Shown in pieces: positions 49,524 through 63,136 of a stretch of 64,000 bases of DNA; the first letter of the stretch is position 1, and every line of letters starts with the position of its first letter. This stretch comes from Vicugna vicugna. Lineage: Eukaryota. A program made the position numbers and the translations under genes. The notes beneath the pieces are model-generated. The model worked only from the letters and a program-made list of their open reading frames with translations, did no database searches and was not told the origin of the DNA. The DNA lies in contig MU058584.1 in assembly GCA_013265495.1 (NCBI GenBank), positions 3,786,508 through 3,850,507 on the forward strand. The letters run 5' to 3'.

Positions 49524-50859
49524 ATACATATACATATATTCACATTGAATAACCTCTACTTTCTCATCCCATAGTATTTTGCTGAGGTACATCTTTGGTT
49601 AGAAGTCAATCACAAGAGATAACCACCAACCATCACCATAGGAGACCTATCATAAAAGAATAGTAATTGCTAATGATTGTAACGAAAGAACAGATCCGTT
49701 TTAGAGGTCATTATAACAGTGAGTTAAAGTCATTTTATGCTAATAGATTTGTGAGGGAGGAGATTGGAATGAATGGATGAGAAAAGAGCTCGTAAAGAAA
49801 AGGAAAAAGTCTTGAACAAATATAGAGCATGATTTAAATGCTATTTGTAAACCCGAGAAGGATCTTGAAAGGCTGATCCTGTGCTCTGAGGCACACTTCC
49901 ATTTTCCATAATCCTAAATGAGAATTCACCCTATGTTTAAGAACTTCATGCCAACAGCCTTCCCCCGGAATCCTCCATGGCGAATCTAAATCCTCCCTGA
50001 TTCAGGCACTATCCTCTTGTTCTGACATGACTGGCAACGGAGACATCTGGCTTAACTTCTTAATAATTTCCCATCATATACTCAGAGGCTTCTGATGTTT
50101 GTGATCACCTGCATTCTCTCTCCCATCTGTAATAAACCCAGTTCCTTTCACCTCTTCCCTTAGGCTTCATGCTTGTTAGCTCTGTGGCCCTCGTGTTTCT
50201 GTTCTGTGGGATCTTTGCATCCCTACCTGGTGGATGAGACAAAAGCACTGGGTAGGACATCTAATCCATAATTAGAAAACTAGGAAGTGGAGAAGTTCAT
50301 TTCTAGAGCCTTCCAATTACCCCCTTTCTACTTGCTTGTCCGGGTCTACATTAGTTATCTTCTCCCCAGTTGCCCAGAACCCACCCTTTCCCAGTAGACG
50401 CACCTCTCCCACCCTGTTGCTGCAGACTGCTGCATCCCTCATGCTCCAGAACTATTCTTTCTTTCCTCCTCCCTCCGCGCTCTCCTTTCTTCTCAAGGCT
50501 GAGCCCTCTGATACTCACAAAGATCATCCATCTGATGAGCTAATTCACCATAAGGTGTTAAAGAGAACTTCAGTGATGCGTTAAACTTCCCAGGGGCATA
50601 CAGATTAGAAAAGCAGGTGCTTTCACCTGCAAGGAGGGAATCAAAACCTCACAGCACTGGAGCAGTTTGCCGAGGAAGAAGTTTTGAGCACACACATTGT
50701 CCTAGAGGAAATGTCCAAAAGCTCCCAAGCTAAGTTGATTACTCTGTCCTTTGTGCCACCTGCCACCCACGAGTACCTTCAGCCCAGTACTTCTCTCTCA
50801 TGAAAGTTTATCACATAATATGGCAGAGTGCCAAGAGCCCAAATGCTGGAGCCAAACCG

Positions 50860-51045
50860 CCCAGGCTGGCATCCTCATTTTCAGTTTTCCTAGCTGTGCA
50901 ACCTGGGGCAACTTAATTAACTTCTCTGTGCCTCATTTTCCTTAACTATAAAATAAGGATAACATTATCTAACTCAAGGTTGTTGTGAGGGTTGAAGGAC
51001 AATATATTTAGCATGCACAAGCTTCACCCTGGCACATAAGCAAGA
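50860..51045 (+). mobile_element. MIR SINE
   Basis: ctagctgtgcaacctggggcaacttaattaacttctctgtgcctcattttcctt. Confidence 0.8.
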
Positions 51046-53727
51046 ACTATGACAGCATTCTATAGTGTCACATCTTTCTCCTCTGCTACACTGTTTTCTT
51101 TGTTTTCATATCCTAGGGCTCAAAAAAAGAGATGCTCAAATAAGTGCGCTTTGACAGCAAATGAATGAGTTATGGAGAATTTAAGTTTAAAAGAGGGGTA
51201 GGATTTACAACCAGAAAAATAATTTTCTAGAAAATGTCAAAAAGAAAAAAAAAAGAAAATAAAGAAAGAACAGAAGGCGCCCCAGAGAAGGGAAGCCCAG
51301 TCTGCAAGCTGCCCTAGATGGAACCAGAAGCCATTTAACTTCCCTAAGTGGGTGGGGTGTGAAGACCCAGCTTGAAGCCTCCAGGATTGTTTGTAAATAA
51401 TTAAGGTTTGTTAAGAAGATAATAAACTGTCTCTTGAGCACTAACCAGAAAGCAATACCTCCAAGGAGGCTAATGAATTGCTTGATGGAACTGGCTACTT
51501 GAGGCGTACACAGCACATTATGGGAACCCTTGGGAAACTGGCAGTAATGCCTCCACTTAGGAAAATCCATTTGCTCAGAGAAACCACATGCTTAGTTAGG
51601 AAGGAGGTGCTGGAGTCCAGACAGGGTCCATCCTGCTCCAGGACTAGATACCGGCTCTGACCTTGAGAAAGCGTTGATCTCTAGGGAGAGTGGTTCACGT
51701 GTTCACCGGCACGTTGATGTCCTGCCTCCCCAGGTAGGGATGACCCCTGTCGGCTCTCAGAGCGGCGGGGGGGTTGGGGGGAGGAGGGGTGAATAGATGG
51801 GAAGGAGGGTTTGAACTCAATGGATGTTTGTTGGACTCTTTGTTCAACATGGATCTTTAGGAATCTAAATTCCAGTCAATTTATGAATCTCTCCTAAGGC
51901 CCTAGTTCAGTGCAAGGCACTGGGAAAATGATCAGAGGCATGTTCATGCCCCACCTCCTCTGGGAACCCACCAGGACCATCGCAGCCCTTACTGGCTTTT
52001 CTGAACCGCTTCAGGGAGCTTGTAGCCCATGCACGCGTGATTCTCATGTTGCGGAGTCTACGTGTGGGGGCCTCCTCCCCTCACCAGATGCCATGCTCCT
52101 TCTGGCAAGGTCTGTGTCTCTTGTACCCATTGCTTGCCAGTTCCCACCCCAACGTATCTACACAGAGCTGGCTGCTAATAAGACCTTGTTGACTGAGTGG
52201 TTTGCGACACAGTCCCTGCCCAGGAAGTAGTTAGAAGTCATTGTCAGCCAACATCCTAATTAAATGCTAAGTGCAAATATTAAGAGAGTGAAGTGAGGGA
52301 GAAAGAGAGGAGAGAGGGGAGGGGCTGTGTTAGGTCCTGAAAGAAGGATTTTAATGGACAGGCTTATTAAGGAGGTGGGACTTCAAACAGCTCCCAAGGG
52401 ATTCAATTCACTACGTTGAACTTGTGCATATAAGGGAATAAGTCAGGATGCAAAACTGTACATGCAGCAGTCCCCCACTCCCACATTGTCACAGAGAGAA
52501 AGCAAATTCTAGAAGAAAATGTATGAAAATACAGAAATAGTTATCTTTGGATTCTAGGGTGATGGGGCAATTTGGGGTTTCTTCTTTGTGTATCTTTTTT
52601 TCCCAAATGTTCTGCAACAGACATGTGGTACTCTTGTAACCATAAAGCCGGGGTACGGTTTTATAAGTCGCACAGGAAGTGAGGAAGTAGACAGGTGAGG
52701 GCAGCCTATTCTGTCAAGGAGCTCACCTAATACAGGGAGGTGGGAAAGCTGGAACCAGAGGGCCAGGAAAGATCTTGAGAAGGTTTCTTTAGTTCCCTCT
52801 GAGCTAGAAGCTAGAGACTTCAGCAGGCTCGTGGGTTATGGGATGGAGCTCATAGAAAGGAGAGGTTGTAAATAGAGGAGAAGCCAGATGGCGCAAGACC
52901 CCAGCCTGGGCGGGGAAAGGAGGAGTCAGGGCATGGGTAGAGGACTAGCCTTGCCCGCAGCAAGCATCGCCATGTGTGCAGACAGAGATAAGTCGGTGGG
53001 CAGGTGTGGGCAGTGAGCTCTGACTGGGGACCCTGCCCTCAGCGTTATATGCTTCTCTCCCAGTGAGCTTTGTGACAGTCCCAAGTGGGAGTGTCTGTCT
53101 GTCACTGTGTTCTGCCCAGGCCAGGTGTTTACAGCATCCCTGACTCACCAGGGCAGGAAACAAGGAAACAGCCCAAAGGTCACTGGGTGGCAGGGGAGGG
53201 AGGTAACTCAGGAAGGAGGCGGGTTCCAAGTGTGACAGTTGGTGCCCCGGGCCGAGAGGGCTGCTCCAAGGACAGGGTGATATGGAAACAGAGACAAGCT
53301 CAGCAGTCAGGGAGGTCAAAGGGAGGAAACCCGAGTGCTGCCGACCTGCAGTGATTTATGTACAACTAAACATTACCTCCAAGTCAAATATGTCCTCGCC
53401 TGGCTGTCTCGGTCCTGAAAGTCTCCCTGTTGAATGGAGGCACTGAAACCCCTGCTAAAATGTAAGTGCTGTCTGGGAGGGAGGGAAAAACAGAGTGACT
53501 CTCTTCCTTTAACCTGTAGGGCAAATTCATTTCCTTAATTAGTCCTTCTCATCCATTTATTCCTAGAAAGGGACTCAGGAGAGGTAACTTTGATAGAAGC
53601 AAATGAGGTTAAGAAATTGAGGCTTGGAGAGAGGCAGGACCTCTGTCAGAAGGAAGGGAAGAAAGACGGGATAGGTGACGCCGAGAGCAAACCCTCGCTG
53701 CCTGGTTAAGTTCCAAAGGGCACGTGC

Positions 53728-54120
53728 TCATTCATTAACACTCAGCCAGCACATAGCTGCCGGACGCCCATGTTCCGGGCAGGACTGGCCTCGGGGGATA
53801 AACGGCAAGCAGAGACGGACACAGTTCCCGCTCTCAGGGTGTTCGATCCCCTGAGTGAGTCAAACAGTTATAAATAAATCATCAGAGAGGTAAGTGGAAA
53901 AGCACCATGGTAACAAATGGTACCCATTCAGTGACGGGGTATCACAGAGGACTGGAGGATGAGGAGAGGCTGTCCTGAGGAAGGACATCGAAGAATGAGT
54001 AGGATGGAACCGCAAGAAAATGGGGGAAGAGGCGAGTGGGAGAGAGAAGAGCGCTGCGCAGAGGTCAGGGCGTTGGAGAAGGTGGGCCACGTTCCAGAAA
54101 CTGAAACCAGCAGTGCACAG
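53728..54120 (-). mobile_element. L2 3' end, antisense, unusually CpG-rich
   Basis: cattcattaacac...ggggataaacggcaagcagagacggacacagttcccgctctcagg follows the L2 3' layout. Confidence 0.55.
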
Positions 54121-55461
54121 TGATGGAACCAAGTGGATGGCTTGGGGCGGGGGGTGATTCTCCCTTTAGCCTCCCATTGTGACTACAAATAAACATAGAG
54201 GCCAAGTACAAACAGAGTACTTGTTCCATCAGAACAGTTTAAGATAATTCCCACTATCTGCCCTCTTTTAGCCAAACTGCCTCTCCTCACCCTTCAAGAC
54301 TTTCCCACAAAGCAACTCTGGAATTGCACCACCCCCAGTGCGGCCAGATAGGTGGAATGCACCCAAGTGTAACGGGCCATGATTTTGAGTCTTTTTTTTT
54401 TTGCTGTCTACACCAGGCGTTTATTTGAAACAGTTCTTTTGAGTCAAATTGAGTAATTTGAGGGGTTTGTTCTTGCACTGAATGAGTGAGCACTCAAAGG
54501 AGAAAGAGGAAAAAAAAGATATTTGTCAGTTTGAAAATCACTGATGTCTATCTTTCTATAATTAGATAGGGAGAAAAATGAAGAACCCACTGGTAACAGG
54601 AAGAAGCAAGAGTCCTGTAGGGTCTGGCATTTGATGACTCAGTTACTGCACATTTCCATGGTTTTTCCCTGGCAGAACACACAGCAGAGACTTGGGAACA
54701 CCTGTGCCCGAAGCCAGGTTACACTTACGTTCCATAACTATGTTGCTTGCAGGGCCGTTGTTACTATACTAGCTGGCTGAGCCCCAGACACGACAGGTGC
54801 TCGTCCATTCCCACAAATCTTTATCCCAGTCTTCACTGCAGGGAGGGCACTGCCGTGTGCTCTCAGTCACAGCCTCCTGTCCAAGGTTCCGGGTTTGGCT
54901 GACAACATTCTGCTCAACACGACTTTTGTTGTCACGGTTTGAGTATGAGGACTGATTTCAGCCCAAGGAACCTGGTGGTGAGCATAAAGGGACAAGTAGC
55001 CAATTTGCTTGCGACATCAGGACGATTTGTAAGTTTCTTCCAACTTGGAAATGAAGGTGGTGAATCCAAGTCCAGGGTCCAAACACACTCTCTCCACAGC
55101 AGCCTTCCCCCAACCTCCGAGTCCCAGCAACGCTCACTTCCAGTCCCTGAGGATGGAGGGGAGGATCCCAATTCCTGAGGCTGGGGGACCTCCCGCCATG
55201 GGCATCATGGTCCTCACGCTCTTTGGGCCCCCTTCTCTAGCCTTTCCCACTCCTCAAGACACCCTTCCTCAGGCCCATCCAGTTTCAACCCATCCTTCTC
55301 TGGCCCCCAGGACCGTACTGGTTTTGCTGGCATGTAATTTGCACTGCCTTCCCTGGTCTCTTTGGGCGCCTTCTTACAAGAGAGAATGAAGGCTTAGAAA
55401 TGGGCACTGCGGGAGGCAGTGAGGCTGGATAGAGGTCACGCACTGGTTGGAAAGAAGTCTT

Positions 55462-55609
55462 TTTTTGTTTTCTTTTTTTGGAGGTGGGGTTTTCAAAATT
55501 TTTTTATTTTGGGGGGTAAGATAATTTGGTTTATTTATTTGTTCGTCTTTTAACCCAGGACCTCGTGCATGCTAAGCATGTGCTCTACCCCTGAGCTATG
55601 CTTTCCCTC
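55462..55609 (-). mobile_element. Camelid-type tRNA-derived SINE with an internal deletion removing the B box
   Basis: Reverse complement gagggaaagcatagctcaggggtagagcacatgcttagcatgcacgaggtcctgggtt. TSD aaa(g/a)aagtctt at 55451-55461 and 55610-55620. Confidence 0.85.
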
Positions 55610-55951
55610 AAAAAAGTCTTGTTTATGAAAGTTGTCCACATAGAAAGTTAACTTAGATTTTTAGGAAAGAAAAGAGGAAAATTATATAGGAGATAAGCAG
55701 ACAGCACAGCCCTCCCCTGCCCCCACAACATCACCAAGGACAAGAATCTAGTTGTTTTTGTTCAGCACATGTGTAGAATCTCACAATTTAAAAGTCGATA
55801 GAGAATGTTTGGTAAGATGGATGCCCTAGTCGGATTAAAGGGAGTTTTAGATTTGGGGAGAGAGCACAAAGAAAAGAGTTGGAGAGAAAAAGAGCACTGG
55901 AAAGTTATAACTTGTTAGTGGAAAACCAAACATGTATTGTGAACCCTTGGT

Positions 55952-56198
55952 NNNNNNNNNNNNNNNNNNNNNNNNNNNNNNNNNNNNNNNNNNNNNNNNN
56001 NNNNNNNNNNNNNNNNNNNNNNNNNNNNNNNNNNNNNNNNNNNNNNNNNNNNNNNNNNNNNNNNNNNNNNNNNNNNNNNNNNNNNNNNNNNNNNNNNNNN
56101 NNNNNNNNNNNNNNNNNNNNNNNNNNNNNNNNNNNNNNNNNNNNNNNNNNNNNNNNNNNNNNNNNNNNNNNNNNNNNNNNNNNNNNNNNNNNNNNNNN
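55952..56198. other. Assembly gap (247 N) in GPA33 intron 1
   Basis: Run of N. Confidence 1.
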
Positions 56199-56879
56199 CA
56201 AGCTGCCTAGGAAAACAGGTTCCAAAATGAGTAAAAGTTTGAACTGCGGTAAAATAGATGGCTGAGACCTCGAATTCAAATCAGGAAGAAGTCAGTGGGG
56301 CTCCAAGTTGCCTGGAAGGCTTATGGAGATAAAGGACTTGTGGTCTTTGACGGTTAGACAGAAAAAAAGGAAGGTGTTGACACTACGGGTAGGTCTGGTG
56401 ATAACATTTTTCCAGACCAAGAAGTCAAAGTTGTGATTGACAAACATTTTCGTACTGTCCAGGGTATATATAGGCGGCAGTCTAGGTGCTGAGATATTGG
56501 GATTTGGGGGAACAATTTGGTGGTTTATAGAGCCTAAATATGAGTTAGGAGAACCTGTCCTGACGATTTGAGCCTTTACCCTAATGGTAATGGGAAACCA
56601 CTGAAGAGCTCTGAGTAGGCCAGTGACATGATCATAATTTTATTTTAAAAGATCATTCTGGCTTCAGGGTGGACAGCAGATAGGAGAAGGGGCAAAACAG
56701 ACTCATAAGGCCAGCTGGAGCCAATGAGAGTAGTGTAGGAAAGGCAGCTTGCATCAGTGAGGTGGCAGAGGAAGTAGAAAAAAAATGAATAGACTGAAGC
56801 GACGTTGGAGAGCTAAAATCATCAGGGCATAGTGATGACTTGTATTTGTAGCTGAAGGAGAAGGAGGTGTTGAGGGTGA

Positions 56880-57370
56880 CACGATGGTTTTAAAATATGT
56901 CACCAAAATACTCTGAAACTCCTCTCATCAAGAGGACTCATGTCCCCTCCCCTGAGTTTGGTTCTGTGACGGTTTGAGCAATAGAATGCAGTGAAGTACA
57001 GTAGAAGATGCCAGTCAGTATCCGAGCCCAGACCTTAAGATACTGGCAGCTTCCACCTTCTGTCTCTTTAGATGTTTGCTCTTAGAATCCGGCCACCATG
57101 CTGTGAGGAAGCCCAACCTTCCCTGTGGAGAAGTCCAGAAAGTGAGGAAGCCAAGTTAGCACCTACTTGCCAACCAATGACCAGCATCTCAGAAGTGGGG
57201 CTTCCAACCCCAGTCAAGTCACCCCAGCTGATACTGCATGGAACAGGGACAAGCTGTCCCTGCCAAGTCCCATCCAACTTGCAGATTTGTGAGCAAAATA
57301 AATGATTATTATTGTCTTCAGTAATTACATTTTGGGTTAGTTAATTACATAGCAACGGAAAACTGTGACA
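56880..57370 (+). mobile_element. MLT1 (ERVL-MaLR) solo LTR nested in an antisense L2 spanning about 56300-57930
   Basis: gatggttttaaaatatg...cttccaccttctgtctct...ccaccatgctgtgaggaagccc...aataaatgatt...aca. 5-bp TSD g(g/a)tga, and L2 resumes at gatgactgctaggtttctggc. Confidence 0.8.
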
Positions 57371-58006
57371 GATGACTGCTAGGTTTCTGGCTTTCATTCC
57401 TGGATGGTTGGAGTGTCACTTACTGATGCAGAGATCACTGAAAAAGGCCCAGATCTGGGGACAAAGATCATGAGTTTCGTTTTCAGCTTGTGAGTTTAAA
57501 GTGATTCTGAGATCATCTAAGTTGAAAAGTCACACAGGCTGTTGGATTTATGGGTCTGCAGCTCAAGAGAGAGGTTGGGACTGAAGACAGAAATTTGTGA
57601 GTCAGCTGGGAATGGGTGTCAACTAAAGATGTGGATGTGGATGTGGATGTAGAAGAGGGTCTGAGTGGCGGGAGCTCTGACATTTCACAGTGGGCTAAGG
57701 AGAATGAAGCTGCAAAGAAGACACGAAAGGGTCAGGCGAGGAATGTAGGAGGAGAACCAGGAAAGGGTGTATCATGGGAACTGACAGAATAGAGTTTTTC
57801 AGGAAGGAAGGAGGGCGGGATTAGCAAGGTCAGGCACTGCCAGGAGTACCAGGAAAGTGAGCCAGGCACACTTTCCGCTAGGCTCCTGCTGACCAAAATC
57901 ACAGTGAGCAGCATGGCTGGGTGATCAGGAAGTCCTGGGATGGGACTCTGGAGGGCAGAGGCAAGATGAGATCACACCTGCACCCATGAACCAGTTCTTC
58001 CCTAGA

Positions 58007-58168
58007 GCCTCATTTCTCAAACTGTGGTCCCTGGACCAGCAGCATCATCACTTGAGAGCTTATTAGAAATACAGCGTCTCAGACCCTGCCCTGGACCTAC
58101 TGAATAAGTCTGCATTTTAACAAGATCCCCATGTGACTTCTATGTACATGAAAATGCGAGAAGCTAAA
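58007..58168. mobile_element. MER5A (hAT-Charlie); a second MER5-like piece lies at about 58325-58430
   Basis: ttctcaaactgtggtccctggaccagcagcatca...ctactgaat...gcattttaacaagatcccc. Confidence 0.8.
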
Positions 58169-61100
58169 GACACCTGTTTAGAGGCTAAGTATTAACTCAG
58201 GGAAGCAGCCAGACGGTGTAAAACTGAGCTGCAAATCACATGCAGAGCATCAGCCATGGACACAGAGAGGTCTGTCTGTTAAACCTCTTTTTTCCTCAAG
58301 TTCCAATATGCAACTCTAAACCTAGACTTTCACATCAGAATCACACTGGGTAACTTTTTCAGAATCAGAGAGATGCCCAGATCCTGCCCCTCAGGATTCT
58401 GATTCAGAGGGCCCCAGGGAGCCGGGACAACTGTACGTTTACTCCCAGGTGAGTCTGACGGGCAGCCAGGTTGCCAGCCACTGGCAGCTAATCCATCACT
58501 TCTCCCCCTTTGCACATATACCCCTCTTCGGCTAACCATCATTACCTTTTGGAACTGGAGCTGGGACTGGGGCATGTTAATCCTGATTTCATCTCTGACA
58601 GGCAGACAGTGTCATTCCCCAGGCACACGAGCCCTCCCGGTGCACACTGGCTTCTGACTTGTGCTCAGGCACCAGCAGGTAGTGCTCAGGCTCCAGGTAG
58701 GCGCCAGGCCCCAGGGACTGGCGTGGTAACAGGGCCTGCAGCCACGGAGCAGATAAAAGGCCAGCTGTCCATCTTGCAGTGCACACCACCCTGGCTCTGG
58801 TCTGAATACCACCTGCTTGGGGTCAAGATTAACTGGGCACAAGGCCACCCTCTAATCTGATTTTTATCAGATGTACACATCTGAAGCTGAGCCCAGTAAA
58901 CCTCACAGCCTAGGCCAGGTCAGTGCGTGGACCTAGACATTCAAGGGACACTGGGCTCAGGTATGCCACAGTCAGACAGGGAAGGTCCCAGGGAGCTTCC
59001 CAAGCCTGTGACCAACAGGAACATGGCATTTCAGAGTGGGCAAGTCTAGGAAAAATATCCTGCTGGGGACCATGGCTCTAACAAAGGCCCGATGGAAGGA
59101 TTGATTCTAAAATGGTGTGATCAGCCTCAAAAAGACAGGAACTTGGAGACTTGGGTCCCATCAAAAACTCATCAGGGATCAAGCATCCATGGACCTATTT
59201 AAATTTGTTTTAAATGGAGGGGAAAAAATATATTTTCTCATACAGTATATTTGGGGATGATGGATTCCTTTATTTCCCTGTGAAAAGTAGTACTTTCCTA
59301 AGTTTTTCTAAATTTAAGCTTCAAGGTTTCCTCTGGTACTGGAAGGTGGAGCACCTTTTTGTTTGTGTTTTTTATGACGTCTTCAAAGATTTTCGTAACT
59401 CTGGGCAGAGCTTCTTAGGGACTTTCTCTCCCCCTGGTGGGCTTCTCTTTATGTGTCTCTTTTCCTGCAGCTGTGCCTTCCATCACAGCAAGTCTCTCAC
59501 GAAGTCTGGTGGCTGGAAGAATTCGCGAGTGGAAGAGCCTTGGTCTTGTACCCAAGTTGGAGCATTTTCTCTGGTAGCCTTTGAAAAAGGGTGATAATCT
59601 CTCATCTGCAGTGACTCACTCTCTGCCAGATCAGACCATTCAGGCAACTGATGACCAAGGTCTAGTTACTTTCCTATAACTTACACTTGTGCATGTTAAT
59701 AGTAAAAACAGTAATAATAACTGACAATAATTGACTGCTTATTATGTGCCAGGCACTGTTCCAGGCTCTTAACATTGACAGACTCATCTACTATCCCAAA
59801 TAACCCTATGGGAGGAACAGTGTGCATTTTTACACATTATAGCTTACCCTCTCCATTTCACAGTTTAGGACATTGAGATTTATCGAGATGAACTAAGTCA
59901 ATTAAGGAAAAGGGGGCTGGCTGCCCTGCTCCAGTCCTGTGATGGTGTTGGAGGAGGGGATGGGAGCCTCTGCCGGGAATGGAGAAGTGTTGTGTCACTG
60001 ACTTTGTTTAGAATTGTCAGGCTGACTTTTCATTGGTTTAAGTATTGTTTTTAGATTCTCTAATGCACCACCTTCTGTTTGCATCCCCTTCACATGTCGT
60101 GATGTGTTTACCTCCTGCCTCCCCAGAGTCCAATCAGTCCTGGTACCTATTTTCATCAACTCAATGTTACTCTACCCAGAACATCAGCAAAATCTAAGTT
60201 GTTACTGGACAAGTTCAGACAAAGAATGGAAGAAGGGTGAAGGGCAGTATGTTCTCTGAAACACAACTCAAGCTCCACCTCCTCCAGGAAGCCCTCCCTA
60301 ATTTCCCTGTTCTTTCTCTGGCGTGCTCTCCTGAGCCATGGTGGGGAGGAGCACCCAGCTGCTTTGAGGTTTGACCTTGGAAGGCCTTCACTGCTCAAGT
60401 GCATGTGGCAATGGCTATTTCACCCCCAAACATTTCCACTTGGCAAATACACACCCTGAGCTGGCCACCAAGCCCAGCTTTCCTGCCCCACTGCTCCAGC
60501 CCCTTCCACTTAGTGTAAAGTATGAAGGCAAAGGTAGTGAACCCGTGGTGCCAGGCTGGGCGAGCTGGGAGGGTGGAGGGAAGCGGGTCGGGGCAGAAGA
60601 CACAGTTTATCTGTGTGTCTGAACACATACCCAAGAACTGGTTCCACTGGGTGAGTTCACGTGAGGGTCACATGCCTTCTCGCAGGAAGAGGCAAATGTA
60701 CCGCTCCAGGCAGTTCACAGTTAAGGCCACTTTTCATTCTAAGTTGGGTGCCCGTTTTGTTTTGAGGTTTTTTTCCCTAAGCCCAAATCTGTTCTTTTTC
60801 TCATGCAGTGGGTTTCAGGTTGCCCCCAGAATACAAATGCAGGGAGTGTACTGGGGGTTGGGGGAGAAGGAGGCGGGGCAGGAGGCTCTGGAGAACAGAA
60901 TCAGAGGTCACTGGCCCAGCCCAGGGAGCATGGTCATTCCCTTTCAGCTTCTTCCCCTCTGGGCTTGAGGCACATCCTTCTGGCCTGGATCTGATGGCTG
61001 ACACAGGTTCCCAGATCCCTCACTCCTGTGGTGCCTGCACAAATTATGTGCTCCATAAGGAGCTGTTTGGAGGAAGGAATGAACCAAGTAGACCCTCTAA

Positions 61101-61348
61101 CTGATGACGAGGGCCCCTCTGCCCCAGTCAGATGGGCCTCCTGGTGGGGACCCCACCTAAGAGCCCCAGGGCCAAGTTTTGAGAGATGGGGAGGAGGGGG
61201 ACCCTCGGCACCTGGGAGAACCACCCTGGCCTGGCAGGCCAGCTTGCCTTGTAAGAGCTAAAAAGTGAGCTCTATATCAGAGCCTCCTTCATTCCACTTC
61301 CCTGACTTGGGGCTCCCAAGTTTCCCGGTCTAATTCTTTGTCACCTCC

Positions 61349-61976
61349 AGTAACTGAGCAGGACCCTATGGGCCTGTCCCAGGAGAGATCCCTCTCCCCA
61401 TGTCCTCTGCCTGCCTCTTATCTGTAGAAAATCTGTAGTCTCCCAGGCTTCCCCTGAGTCACAAAAGCCTGGCTCAAGAATCAATGCAAAAATAGCAGTT
61501 GGGCCAGGAGAACTGGTCAGAATTTAAACAGTAAATCAGCAATATGGCAGTCACAGAATGTTTAGTTCCTCCCTGAAGTACCTAGATAATAGTATATGAT
61601 GCACATTTCCTGAGTTGTTTTACAGATGCTAAAAGCCCCACCGAATGAAAGAAATTAAATACTTGATGATCACGAGCACGTGGTCCCCAGATCTCCCAGA
61701 GCCTGAGGATTGATAATGTTGTGACACTGCCCTGCTACCTCACTGCCAGCCAATCAGAGAACTGTGCCCAAGCTGATCACACACCCTGCAACTCCCCTCC
61801 CTCACCTGGCCTTTAAAAATGTTCCCCTGAAGCCCACTGGGCAGTTTGAGCCTTTTGAGCATGAGCCACCTGCTCTCCTGGCGCGGCCCCTGCAGCAAAC
61901 CTTTCTCTGCTCCAAACTCTGACATCCCCTTTGTTTGGCCTTACTGTGCGTCAGGCACACAAACTTGGATTCAACA
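61349..61976 (+). mobile_element. ERV1 (gammaretrovirus-like) solo LTR of an artiodactyl family, antisense to GPA33 in intron 1
   Basis: Starts gtaactgagcaggaccctatgg and ends ttcaaca. Has CCAAT 61750-61754 and TTTAAAA 61812-61818. Resembles recalled bovine/porcine ERV1 LTRs. Confidence 0.75.
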
Positions 61977-62035
61977 CCACTCCCCGGTCTTGCCAGATCC
62001 CTGAAGCCCAAAACAGTTTCTAAATTGCAAGCTGA

Positions 62036-62346
62036 CACAGAGAAAGATAAACACCGTGTGATATCACTTCTACGTGGAATCTAAAAAATCCAACAAACTA
62101 GTGAATAAAACAGAAGAGAAGCAGACTGACAGATACAGAGAACAAATTAGTGGTTCCCACGGGGAAGTGGGAAGAGGGGAGGGGCAAGGTAGGAGTAGAG
62201 GGGAAAAGGGGAGTTATAATAGGACTATATGAAATCGTGTGTCTGAAACTTCTGAAAATTATAAAGCAGTATAGCGTTAAAAGAATCTTCCATTCAATAA
62301 AGAAAAAAATTTTTAATTTTTCAATATGGCTGAATTTCAAAATAAA
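62036..62346 (+). mobile_element. 5'-truncated young L1 3' end (a different 3' type from the other camelid L1 ends here)
   Basis: atatcacttctacgtggaatctaaaaaa...agcagactgacagatacagagaacaaattagtggtt. Perfect 15-bp TSD taaattgcaagctga at 62021-62035 and 62347-62361. Confidence 0.9.
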
Positions 62347-63136
62347 TAAATTGCAAGCTGATGACCTTCTCAGCGAGGTCAAATACACTTAATTAAAGGC
62401 ACTCCTAAAATTCCCCAACCCCCACCTCTCAGCTTCCCTGCTCGTTCTACTTCCTGCCTGGGCCCAGGACCCTAACACCAAGAGCCCCACCCTAACCCTT
62501 AGACACTCCACGCGCCCTCACACAACGGCTTTGCTATTTACGACTTGATTTGGAGTCTGCCATAATATCAATGAATGTCTGGTTTTTATTTTGTGGGGTT
62601 TCCTCATCTTCTGAGTTTTCAATGACCAGAGTATCAGGAGAGCTGAAGAGCTTTGGCCTTTGGAAAGGGTCTGATACTGGGTAAGTTGCAGCAGCTCCCT
62701 GCCTCAGTTTCCCTATATGTGAGACAGACATGATCACTCTTACCTTTGGTTTTAAGGCAATCTTTAAAATGACAGGTTCCACACATTCTGGCTTTTCTGG
62801 GACAACCCTGATTTCAAGTATTTTGTCCCTATTGTCAGATCTTATGTCTGATCCTATGATCTGATTTGGAATCCGAAAATACAGCCTTGAGAGTATTATG
62901 AATTCCTTATTCCAGAAATGGGCTGGAATTTTCTTTACTAATAAGTGAATAAAAAACATTCTGATTCTGGGGGCTGGCCTGAAACCTGCTTTCTGAATGA
63001 CAGAACGTGTCATTCTGCCTAACGGGAATACAGCTGTGTCACTGGAGGCCCTTCCTGGGGGGGCTCTGGGAGACCCTCAGTGTTCAGTCCCTGTCTTGTC
63101 CACCCAGAGCACTGGACACAGGAGAGGCCTACTCAC

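Noticed and set aside
55879-56279. ORFs spanning X residues
   Set aside because: Artefacts of the N gap.
62534-63013. 159-aa ORF on the - strand in GPA33 intron 1
   Set aside because: No recognisable domain, and it runs through MIR-like and DNA-transposon-like fragments. About one ORF this long is expected by chance in six frames of 64 kb.
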